DNA from: Podarcis liolepis
Taxonomy: Eukaryota
Direction: 5' to 3' (one strand)
Length of the DNA: 64,000 bases
Assembly: GCA_965112155.1 (NCBI GenBank)
Contig: OZ218103.1
A model generated the notes under the pieces. The model made no database searches. It was not told the DNA's origin and worked only from the letters and a program-made list of their open reading frames with translations. Shown in pieces: positions 52,439-64,000 of the stretch. Made by a program: the position numbers and the translations under genes. Positions within the stretch are counted from its first letter, which is position 1. Each line of letters begins with the position of its first letter.

Positions 52439-55084
52439 TGAAAGAGGAAATTAATTGTCTTTAATCTGGCATAAATCCCAAGGACTTCTATTAGGAATTC
52501 TGGACCTATTTATAATTAGTTAGGCCTCATAATATGCTGGTTTCCAGAGGTTGGGGGTATGTGCTTCTGATATGAATGATGCTACCATGTACAGATAAAA
52601 GCCTTCTCTGCCTAAAGTCTTACTGGGTTGAGTGTTTCTAGACACCAGTACACCTCATAATAAGTGACATAACATCACTTTGTCATAATTCATAGAAACA
52701 AATATTTTGTAGCAAATCAGCCTGCTTGGAGGTGGTGATGGCAGCCATTATTTTTGCATGGATTAATGTGGGACTTTCTGCTTGTAGACAAAGTTACAAG
52801 CTTCATTAAACTTCATTTGAGTGTGCTGAATGTAAGCATGGTTGTGGGGCAAGTGTGTTGACAATGGCCTAGTTTGTTAGATAGGGCAGAACAAGGCAGG
52901 CATTATGTGTTGTGGATTCTGTATTCTGACTGTCACATGGGAGGAACAGGTTAAGTCCTTGTGATTTTCAGAAAAGAATCAACCCAATCATTACAACATG
53001 GAAAAGAATGTAGTGTGTATTACAGTGCTCATTCATCAGCCCTTACATGTAGGTGCAGAATGATAGGCAATGGTTTCTGTGTAGCAATGCTAGTTAATAA
53101 GCAGTATTAGGAGAGACAGGAAAATGAAAATCCCTTCTTGGAAACTAGCAGTATGCCATCATGTGATGTTGGATCAGGAAACAGGGATTTTGGGGTATCT
53201 CTGCTCTGAGTATTTAGTGAAATCCACTAGATTTTAAGGCTTTCTCTCTTCATGTGCCTAGAAAGTAAAAGTCTGCCCTATTTTTATTATCTAGAGCAGG
53301 GTGAGGAGAGCTGCAGGACTAAATTTGTAGCATTAATGCATTTGCATGCACCTTCTCAAGGGGCCAAGTGCTGCCTAATTAGAAGAGTTTTGCCTATTGC
53401 CCAGGTCAGTGACTACATAGGCTACTCAGAGAAAATCTCCAGCACATATTCTTCCATGGTCGTCCATTTTTGAGCAGCAGAATATTAGCCTGCAAAATTA
53501 ATGTTGTGCAGCTGACATGATAGAACACCAATGTAAATAATATCAGAGGTTGCACCTATTGGTGTCTGTGTGAGAAGGTACAATATGATAGTGGATTTCC
53601 TTGTGCTTCAAGTATACAAAGTCCATTGTTTCACCTTATATTGACCCTCATCTTGTTTGCAAGTTGCCAGCAGGAGGTGGAAGCATTCAAGCAGGGCCAG
53701 TCCAGGAGCTTTTGCCGCTTCAGACAAAACAAAAAATGTTTCCATCTTTCCATCCGCCATGGCTGCCTCCTCCATGCCCATTTGCCGCAGCTGCCTCCTA
53801 CCAGGCCTACCTGCCACAGCTGTCTTCTCCACTGCCACCTCCTCTGCAGCCTGCTGCTGCCACCACCTCTTCCTTCACATCCCTCTGTTGCTGACAAGGA
53901 GGAGGTGTCAGTGAGCAGGCCTGGAGGAGACTGTAGTGGTGGCAGATGGGCGTGGTAGTAGGGAGCAGTGGGTGGGTACAGAGGAGGCTGGATCTGCTGG
54001 CTGAGGCAAGTGCCAACTCTGTTTTCATGTGTTCAATAGTCCTGAAGAGTTGTAAAGGTGATGGACTGAAGATGCAGTAGTAGTCTAATTCGTTTAGTGT
54101 TGCATGCTACACTTGTATTGCTAGGCTGTGGAAAGCATACACTGCATGTGTTGCTTTCATTATTTTGCCAGAAAGAGAAGCAGACATTCAAACCCTCAAG
54201 AATCTAGAATTGATCTGAGACTTCTTTCTCTCAATAATAATTTCAGTGCCAAAGACATATACTGACTTTAAAATCTGAGGGAGAAGCAATTATATTCTGT
54301 AAGAAAAATGAATCCCCTTAACTCTCTTATTTGACTGAATACCGCATACAGTGTCTCTGAGACTCCAACAGTGTGTTGATTGAATTTAGGGACCATTTCA
54401 TCACAGAAAAGTTAAAGAGAAGCACCCTTCTGTCTGTGCCCGAAAATGAGAAATACCTGTCCTGCCAAATGGTTTGATGCTTCGTTGATGAAAACACTGG
54501 CAGCCTTTGGATGGGTGGAGGAGCATTTTTCACTTCTATGAGCATCGGCATGTGCAGCATCAGCAGAAATACAGGAAATACAATTTTGAAGTGTTGTGTT
54601 GGAATTTTTGTTGATCTGCTGTATTGGGTTTGTATTGATGCACACACAAAGAAGGGGAAGAAATGCCCTGATCCCAAGATTCTGGCATGATTCCTCTGTC
54701 AACCTGCTGCTTGTTTGAAATGTTATTTTTAATTCATGAGGTGTTTGTTTTAAAGCCCTGTCTGAAATTACTAACTACAGATTTTTACAGTGCATGTTTC
54801 AAAAAACTGGATGGTGTTTCAGTGCTGTGGATAAAGACTGAGATCCCAGTACCTAATATTTTGGTTAACAAACTCCTCCCAGTAAACTCTGATTAATTAC
54901 ATCAAGCCAATATTATAAAGCTTCACTTGTTAAGATTATTACTTTATTTATGCTTGTATCGAGATCACTGGCTTCCTATTTGCATGTCTCTCTGCCATGA
55001 CTATGTAGCCTTTGCAAGGTGATTAATATGACCAAATACCAGTGCCTAAATTTCAACAGGAGTCACAAGATCATCATTACATAT

Positions 55085-55227
55085 CAGTGCTTTTTTCTAA
55101 AAAAAATGTTTAGGGTTATTCTCCTTTTCCTAATATTGAAATACTGCCTCTCAATGAGGCAAAACTTAGATTCACAAACTGTTTAGGGGGCATACATACC
55201 CCCGCGTACCCCCAGAAAAAAGCACTG
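55085..55227. mobile_element. 143-bp MITE with 5-bp TSD
   Basis: TIRs cagtgctttttt / aaaaaagcactg, with catat directly on both sides (55080-84 and 55228-32). Confidence 0.85.
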
Positions 55228-58200
55228 CATATTATAGATGTTTCTCTTACAGTTAAGAGAGAAAGCAAATTTATAGACTTGGTTCTTTAAAAAATAGTTT
55301 GCATTTGATTTCACATCTATTTTTTTAACAGCAAAATAATGGTAGTTTTCTCTGACTTACACCCCTTAGCCAGTATCAAAAATATTGCCATAGCAGAACC
55401 AGAATCCTAATATTTTATATTTTGCTAAACTGGCTAACTAAGACAGCAATCCTAACCTCACTTAACTGAGAGTAGATCTTACTGAATTCAATAGTACATG
55501 GTTAGGGCTGTGTTGAAAGTTTGCTCCAACCCAGTAAATTATTCTGCTGTGATTCTTACTGTTAAGCATTTCTAAGTCATAGATTCAGCTTGTGCTAGAT
55601 GGTATACTTAAAAGCTCTGGGTTCGTGGAAGTTCTCCTAGAACCAGATTTGATCCTAGATACCCAGATTACATTCTATTGCTGGAGAGAGTAGATCAGGC
55701 TATGATGGCATATATCTAAGTTACAAGGGGCTGCCTTTGAAAAGTTTCTGGGAAATTCACATTGTAAAAAATGTAGCACCCAGATTGATGGCTACAGCTG
55801 AGTTTTGAGAACATGTCAGCTCACTATTCAAACAGCATTGGTTCCCGAAATTTCTCTTGTAGTGTAAGAAGCAAACATCATAAGGCTACTCAATGAATTC
55901 ATGTCCAAACTGAAAATTTGAACTGAGGGCTTCAAATCATTATTATTTACTACCCCCACCACCATATCATGCTGCCTTGTGGGAGAGGCGACACTGCTGC
56001 TATGTTATTATCTGCTGAAGGTACAGTACAGGGAATGGCTGTGTTATAGATATTATAGAAAGGCATGATCAGAAAACATTAGCACTTTAAAGGTGAGCAC
56101 TATCAGCCTTCACAGCCTAAATTCCATTTGAATGGCAAATATGACCATAGATTATTCAGTTAATTGGATAATCAGCCTGGTTTACATAATTCTGCTGAAG
56201 GTGAAGCTATCATAAGATGAACATTAATTCCTGAAAATAAACCCAAACTGATCATGTCCCAAACCCATCAGAGGCAGCTAGTGACCCAAAATCTTCTCTC
56301 TATCCTTTCCTGTAGCTCAAAGTAGAAAGTTAGACTTTAAATCCACTTGAGTGACAACAGGAATGCTTAATGTTAATATGGGGCCAAACTTTTAGATATT
56401 CAGAAGATTGATGCTGTCAGATTAATGTATTTCCTACATCATTTTTCATGTGTTAAGCATAAACTAGACTCAAATGGATCAAAATCAATGATCCATTAAT
56501 TTTAATAGCAGGTTACATTAATGTTATATGGAAATGCTTTATTGATTATGTTGCTAAAAATGAAAATCTCTATACTAATAGTATATCACACAAGTGCAGA
56601 TGAACAAGTCAGAAAATCCATGATAAATTAGCAGAGAAGTTAGAAAATAGAATTTAGAAGTAGCCAAAGCAATTCCTTTTCCACAAACATTGGCTATTTT
56701 ACTTTTATGAACAGTTTTTTTAAATGCTCTGATGGTTTTGTCACAACGATAGTCCCATACAAACTGAATTAAAATTGCTTCAAGTGTGGGGGCTTCTCAT
56801 GGCAAATATATTACTTTAAATTCTTGCTTTGTGTGATGTGTTCTGGGCATTATTTTGAGCTGGTTATAACATAATTTAGTTCTCACAGTTACATGTGGAA
56901 ATCAGATGAGTCCTAAAGAACTTGGAAACTTGCCGCTATTTTTTGGCATTTCTGTTGGTCCTAATAAATGTATTGCTCAACTAGATTTTTTAAAGGGTTT
57001 TGCTTTTCTCACGGACCAACATGACTACTTTTTGTTTTTATGTGCCTTGGAGAATACCAAATCTAGCTCTTCAGGGCAGCATCTACAACTAGAGTAAGAC
57101 AATTTGCTACCAACTGAAAATGGACTTTGGATTGGACAGCTTTATCCCTGCTAACCATTTGACACTATGTTTTTTGATACTGTATATTTTGTTTTTGTCC
57201 AGTACACCTTCAAAACTAATCTCTAGTTTTGATAATGCTGCTATATTTGTCTTTTATTTTGCTAATTAGGAACCTATGTGTTTCATTTAAGGTGTTGGAC
57301 AGATCTAGGTAACACCTGGAGTTTTGTTTTCAAAAATAGGAAGTAGTTATTGCTTTTTTAAAATCACAGAATCCTAGTATGTACCGTAACCTCATATCTG
57401 CAGTCATTATCAGAGATGTATTCAGCCTGCAATCTATTATCTTGGAAATGAGTTTACAAGCTGACCTTATGACTACAATATCCAGCCTAATTTTGGTTCT
57501 TGTTTTTTCCTTCCCCATACCTACATTGTGTATCGTATTTCCTAATGAATAGTTCTGCTACTATTATATGACATTTTTATTAGTCCTGTGATAAATATAT
57601 TGCCCAGTTGTGGATTTTGGTTTTTTTTACCAAAACCACCATATTTGCTTTTTATGGGTCATCTCTGTTCAAAGGATAAGCCTACAAATGGAACCTTAGA
57701 TTGGGTTTTAAAATAGACAGTCATCTAGTAGTTTGTGATGAGTAAGAATCACCTCCAAGCACCAGGCAAGAAAGCTTCCAGCTGATGTGCTACAAATCAC
57801 TTACCAGGGCACTGAAGATCTGGAGAAGTTTGTGGATTTATTTCCAGGCATTCTAGATCACTGTTGTATTCTGCTTATGATCATCTGTGGAAAGTTAAAT
57901 GGATAATCCATTCCAGTGCAGTTTTGCTACGTATGTGTACTCTTTCACTACCAAATGTCATATGAATGCAAAATTTTGCAACTATTTCAGAATTGGTACA
58001 ACTGCGTACTTTTATTTTAAGAAGTTCACCTCTGAGTACATCCCACTTATATTACAAAAACTGCCCTCTCAAGTTTAAGAGAAGTAGCAAAGCTGTCCTG
58101 ATGGATTTTGCTTACACTTTCACTGTCTCACATATAAACATATGCATATCCTAATTGTTTGTAACTTGTCTATTGCTGGATGATTTGCAGGAAAGCAGAA

Positions 58201-58493
58201 ATTTAGGATATGATCAAGTGGATCCTGAAAAGGTAGCATGGGTAATTCTGATATAATACTTCCATGTGTATTCTTTCCATGGAATCATGATTTCTTTTAA
58301 CTATGGTTTGTTCAAACAAGCAGACAAGCAAACGAGCCATGGCTAGTTTCTCCAAAGCTTGGTTTGTTTTCCAGTTGTTCTTGCCTCACGCCCCTATAGC
58401 TTGGCAAGTATCTATAGTAGGGTGGTCAAACAATACATGCTTAAGCAAGACTGTTGTGTTAGGACATAACACCAAACCATAGTAAAAATAAGT

Positions 58494-58712
58494 GTGGTTG
58501 GTGTCTGTCTGCCTTGGGAGACAATGAAAGAGTGCACCTTCGGGAGCAAAGTCAAACTGTTGGATAGTTACAGTGCCTGCTGGAGCAATATGGGAAAGTC
58601 ACGTTTTGTTGCAGCTGGGGCAGATGAATGCAGCAGATGCAGGTGTACCATTGCATTTCTTCTTGCTGCACTGCTCCCAGCAGTTACTCCTCCTCTGGTC
58701 ACTTCTGTTCAT
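58494..58712 (-). mobile_element. RTE-clade LINE 3' end nested in an aaccatggtt-family element (about 58300-58860)
   Basis: AFICPSCNKT motif (ORF 58599-58808) and similarity to 23277-23520. Flanks carry aactatggtttgtt / aacaaaccatggtt. Confidence 0.75.
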
Positions 58713-59511
58713 AAATAAGCAGCACAGAACCACAGCTTCACGTTGTGATTTGTTACCAGTAAACAAACCATGGTTAGTCTGCTGGGCTGAGTTCAGACAC
58801 TGGAACAAACCACACTGTAGCTGAACAAGCCATGAATTAGTCTAATGTATAAACCAGGCCATTGTCAACTTTAGAAACCACATTTATGCATAATATTGCA
58901 TCTAAAGGAGATTTCTGCATTAAAGTATATAAAAGCATGAATAGCTCCCAATCATTTCTTTTGCAGGAGGACAGACATAAGTAATGTTAAGAATTTCTCT
59001 AACTTCTGTTTTCCTTGTGTATTCATCCAACCAGTCATTTTAATGAAACAGTGTGATTTCATATATTTTCTTTTTAAAATATTTTAAATTAAAACCACAA
59101 GAACAGAAGTTGGCCTTTCTGAAAATCAATTACTACATAAATACTTCATTTGGTTGCCTAATATTAAACAAACCTAAACTGTATGTTTGTCTTTTGGTGT
59201 GTAGAAAAGCTGGGGGTCTCAAATGTTGTTAGTCTGTGTTGTGCTGTATAATTCTGTTGACATGTTTGCAACAATGGGAAAGAGGAAAGCCTCTGCCTTG
59301 CCTGATGGCAAAAAAGGTGAAATAGGAGAGCTGAAATTAGTACCGACATACTTGCTTGCTGTCCCTAGAGCTTCTGCTGCCTCTTAGAAGAGCAGCTATA
59401 TCAGATAATGAAAAATAGAGGCTCACCAGCCAGTCAAGCTTCACGGTTGAAAAGGTATCAGAGGTTTGTAAATTTTAGATAAATAATAATCCAGTATTAT
59501 CCACTGCTGGA

Positions 59512-59568
59512 TAATTAATATTCAGTAGTTAATGCTGCTAATTAATATCCAGTAGTTAATACTACTAA
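59512..59568. repeat. Short tandem duplication, 2 x about 28 bp, AT-rich
   Basis: taattaatat[t/c]cagtagttaat[g/a]ct[g/a]c repeated twice. Confidence 0.8.
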
Positions 59569-60246
59569 TAAGGTTAAATAGCAGTTTCCTGGCAGTGAAG
59601 ATAACACTCTCCTTTTGCTAGATTTTGATGATGATTTCCTTGGCTAGATCATAGCTCTACTGCTTTGTAGTGGGGAGGGGCAGATGAAATACAAATCTGG
59701 TAATGTAAAAATAGTATTCATAACCTCAAGAGAGTGAACAGCCACAGGTGATTTGTCTAGTATTTCTCTTGACAGTTTGCCAAAAGGCTATTACCCTCTT
59801 GTTGCATATGGGGGTCTTAGAAAATACTGCAATAAATATTTGATGCACAGAGCATAGAGCTGGAAGAAATATGTTGAGAGAGAAGATTAGCAGATGTCGT
59901 TCATTTTCACGCTTATAACTTGATACTACACAGTGATTTGTAATTAGAGGGTTAAGATGGATTAGCTTGAATGAAAATGAAATTCAAACTGCAGAAAGTC
60001 TATATGAGCAAGCAGGAATGAAGATGCAGCCTCATAGTGCAATAGCACAAGATTTGAACTTGATATGCTATAGTGGAGGGCTATATTATTCAGTTAAATA
60101 ATGTGATATATATTTATTATTTCATTTATCTACCACTCTTCATAACAATATGACAGCATGGTTTACAAATAGAATGAAATACAGAACCACATCAGTCAGT
60201 AAGAACAATCTTAAAATCTGCTCCAAACAACAGTGGGATAATATTT

Positions 60247-60480
60247 TGATTTATTACATTTATATACCACCTTTATTTCCCAAAGGATATCAAGGTGGTG
60301 TACATGGTTCTCCTCCTCCCCATTTCATCCTCACAACAACCCTGTGAGATAGGCTAGGCTAAGAGATGGTGGCTGACCCAAGGTCACCTAGCGAGCTTCA
60401 TGGCTGACTGGAGATTCAAACCTTGCTCTCTTTCTCCCAGGTCCTAGTCCAACATTCTAATCCTTGTGCCACACTGGCTC
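60247..60480 (-). mobile_element. MIR/Ther1-derived CORE SINE (Squam3A-like), near full length
   Basis: atcctcacaacaaccctgtgag, cccaaggtcacc, ggagattcaaacc (B box reverse complement) and ccacactggctc head. Confidence 0.85.
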
Positions 60481-62419
60481 TCTTAATATGACTAATCAAC
60501 CATTCAGTAAATCAAAGGTCTCAAGGACCAGTGTGAAACAACTTTAAAAGTCCCACTTGAATAAGTGCATCTTAAGTAACAAGCGAAACTGAAATAAAAA
60601 TGATACCTGACACACCTACAGAGATAGGGAGTTTCATAAAGAGGGTGCCACAGCAGAGAAGGCCCTAGCTTGGGACACTGCTCCTCAGACTTAGCCTATA
60701 GGCAGCAACACAAGAAGCCCTTGGCCAGTGATCTGAATTGTCAAGCTGGCACATACCAGGAGAGGTAGTCGGTCAGGTACTTGAGCCCCAAGCCATTATT
60801 GTCAGCATCAATACTATGAAGTCAGCTCAGTACCTAAAAGGCACACAGATTCTGGGGAATATGACTAATTTAGCATGCCATTGAACTGAGCAATGGTGTT
60901 GTTATTACCCTCTGGCCCCATTTACTACAGGCAAGGCCCAAAAGTTGTCCATGAGGGAATGTAACCATTGGGCAGAAAATTATTTCCCACTCCTGTCTTA
61001 TGGCTTCCCATTTTTCATTTAGGAACATTAAAATTGCCTCCTTGTTGAGTCAACCTGTCCATTATATTTTTGTCCAGAATATGACCAGAATTGAATGCTG
61101 CAGTAGAAAAGCACGAGACAATTATAGTGCGAGCCATTTCCTACCATCTAGAGAATTAGTTTAGGGGCACTTAAAAGACTAAGGGTGTATTTCCTATTAA
61201 CAACCTCGTCTTCTTTTGATTTGCCAATTTGTTCTTTATTGGTGTTGGATTTTTTTATATATTTTTTAAAATGCAATAAGCCTTTAGAAGTTTGGGCTGA
61301 CTCAGATGATTTTTGTGTGTGTGAACAGTTATGCTTTAGGTATTTTTCAGGTACCAAATATTTGTTTATGTTCTGCTCTTGTCTGTTGTTTCATGTGGTT
61401 AAATTCCCTAGAGAGGATCCTCTTAAAAGCTTCTTATTTCCCTGAGAATGGAGCATTTTGAAAATGTACCTTCGGTGTGTCCCTTCGGAGTGCCACATCA
61501 CAGTCTGTTGGCGGGGCTGTCATTAGAAGCTGCTATGTATTCCTGTTGCTAGGAGTAACCTGAATTATTTGCCTTCCACATGGTTGATGTTAAGTTGTTT
61601 TTGAAGTCCTTGTTTTATGGACCTCTCCTTTTGGTTCTTGGGTACTTTTGAGGTGTGCTTGGCTTTGGCAGGAACAGGCCCTCACTAGTTCCCCGCAAGA
61701 CCGTAGTATATCACCTACGCATGCATTACTTACTTTACTACACTTCCCTGCCAATATGTGCTATTATTATTATTATTTTTTAAGAGTCACTGTTCTCACC
61801 CCTGCAAATTGTTCATAGAAATCTCTTAGTTCAGTTGTAGTCATGCCTGACCAGCACTGGACCTCTTGCCACATAAACTGTAGTCATTCCTCTGGCCCTT
61901 GATCTGCTCTACTGCTCTTGATTGCCTGGCCTTAATTGAGCAACAGCATCATGTCACCAGCTTAAGGCTATATATTCAGCAAACAGAAGGAGTGGAGTGT
62001 AATGTGTGTTGGCATTTTAGAAGCTTGAACCTCCCATTAACAAATGTTTTAGTTTCTCAAAATGTTATAAATTATCTCATTTATCTAGAGCATAATAACT
62101 TATTTTCTGTTAAAACATTCAGAGTGGTATACAAACGATCAAAACAAAACAAAACAAATGGTAAGTATAAAAAGCAACAGTAATAACATACCATTCTAAT
62201 TAAACTAAAAATGCTCCGTAACAAAATATTCAGAAGCTTGTAGGAAAACAGAAAGGCACTTAAGCTTGGCTGCAATCCTCAGAAGGTTGTTCTAAATCTT
62301 AGTGTGAGCACATGTAGATCTTCACTAAGTACCGTAGATTTTATCTAGAGAATAACTTCCCTAACTTGATATAAAGGAATATGAAGCCGAATATGGAGGG
62401 AAAGCATGTCATAAGGTGT

Positions 62420-62446
62420 TCATTCATTCATTCATTCATTCATTCA
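62420..62446. repeat. (ATTC)n microsatellite
   Basis: Read directly. Confidence 0.95.
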
Positions 62447-62820
62447 CCTGGAAAGTTAGCCCATCTAGGAGAAGGAAAACTCTGATCCTAAAGCCTTGCG
62501 GGATATCTTTGGGAGAAGAAAAGACTAAGGGGTAAACCTTTCACAAATCTGGAGTGGAGTCCCTAAGACGGTTGGATGGTGCCTTGCATGCCTCCTTCTG
62601 GCAACTCATGTAGCCAAGCTGGTGTCAAATGTATTGCTCTGCTTTCCTTTGGACCACATCAGTGAGGTCAAAAGGGGAATTGTGTTGTTTGGGCAGCAGC
62701 CTCCATAAACACTGCTCAGACTTGCACCCTGGGAAGGTCACTTTGGTGCTGCTAATGCAGCCGTTTGTCATCACCCCCAGAGGAGCTCCCTCGAGACAGA
62801 TGGATACCAATAACAACAAT
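62447..62820 (+). mobile_element. Non-autonomous RTE derivative (5' UTR joined to 3' tail)
   Basis: tctaggagaaggaaaactctgat (recalled RTE 5' UTR motif). The end tcgagacagatggataccaataacaac resembles the RTE tails at 23277 and 58494. No ORF between the two. Confidence 0.65.
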
Positions 62821-64000
62821 ATATTTTGAGTGAATATGTTGATAATGATAAATATTCTGTGCAATTTCTTTAAAAATATTCTGCACAAGTATGGAATCAA
62901 TATGGTATATAGCACAAAACTTGGAAGCCTGCAAATGTGTAGGCAGTGTTTGAGGGGAGCATTTTGACAGTTGTGTGACAAGCAGAAAGGAAACAGTACA
63001 GCTTTTCCTGACATGGTGTGAAGAGATAGGGAAATGGCACCTGGCAAATGCCTCTTATGCTGCTTTTAAAAGCCTAGTTTTATCGCATTCCTATCTCCCC
63101 TTACCCTCAGTCTGTTATCCACACCCTGTGTTCTTTTCCTACTGTCCTCTGTCATGGCAAAGTGGCACTATCCATTGTCATTTATCAACCCTTTCCATAT
63201 TAGGCGTTCTCAGGTCCGTAGTACCCTCACTTATCTTTTTGGAGTAATTAAAAATGAATGCAAGTGGAACTTAAAAAAAAAGAAAAGTAATTTTTTGGCC
63301 TTTAAGTCCTACTAAGCATGTGACGACTACAGCATAGATCCTTTTAGAAAGGTAAATAGTCTTCGCACAAACTGATAAATGTAGTTTTTTTCCTGACTAA
63401 TGAGGAAAACCACCCAGGGGAAAAATACTTGGCTCAAAAATTTCAGACATGAAAGTTATTTGTTTAAATTTTTGAGATAGTCAGGCATTTTCTTGAGTCT
63501 ACTTCCTACCTTCCTCCTTGGGTTTTTAGTTCTTAATTTATTTCTCTTGCATCTTGATAGCTTAAATACTCAAAATACTGACCATTTTCCTTATTCCTTA
63601 TTCTGCATCATTCCTGCCAATATAAAGATGAGCTGATTGCTATGGTATGATTGACCCTTTATTTGTGAGAGCCTGAAGTATATTCACAGTGTGCCTACTG
63701 GTCTGTCATTGTTTTTTCATGTAATTACTTTGGGTTGTGTCTAATGCTAGCCCTACTCAGAGTATACTCTTTAAAACTAATGAACATGACTACCTTAGGT
63801 TCATTAATTTCAATGAGTCTGCACTCAAGTAGAACTAGTTCTGACTACAACTTTTTGTCTTTCATCTAAATGCATTCAAAGGATTAACCCTGATTTTCTA
63901 ATGTTGATGCATAATATCTGAGTAGCAGTATTAAAGAGTCTCCAAATTGTTATGCATATTGCAGTTTTTCATACCATATGTCCATACACAGTTTCTACTG

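Noticed and set aside
54476-54546. C/D-box snoRNA-like segment (gatgc stem, TGATGA)
   Set aside because: The D box is ATGA rather than CTGA, spacing is non-canonical, and I recognise no rRNA guide sequence.

Overview
Vertebrate non-coding DNA, about 40% GC by eye and CpG-depleted. The repeat content (Sauria/Squam1-type SINEs with ACCTTT tails, Squam3-type SINE, CR1, L2, RTE, DIRS, Tc1/mariner and hAT MITEs) points to a squamate reptile, most likely a lacertid lizard (inference). I find no recognisable host protein-coding gene. The ORF track is mostly chance ORFs or decayed retroelement ORFs, so the window is probably a large intron or an intergenic region. Best-supported content: CR1, L2, DIRS1 and RTE relics, several intact MITEs with TIRs and TSDs, SINEs, microsatellites and a U2 snRNA 5' fragment. 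Motif-level evidence suggests one or more very old L1 elements underlie much of 1-22 kb. The most unusual spot is a U2 snRNA fragment at 20.5 kb, fused head-to-head to a truncated LINE, where each larger departure from U2 creates a new perfect hairpin. A few splice-site-bounded candidate exons are reported at low confidence. I cannot support a new biological system from this sequence alone. Family names come from recalled consensus motifs, not database searches.
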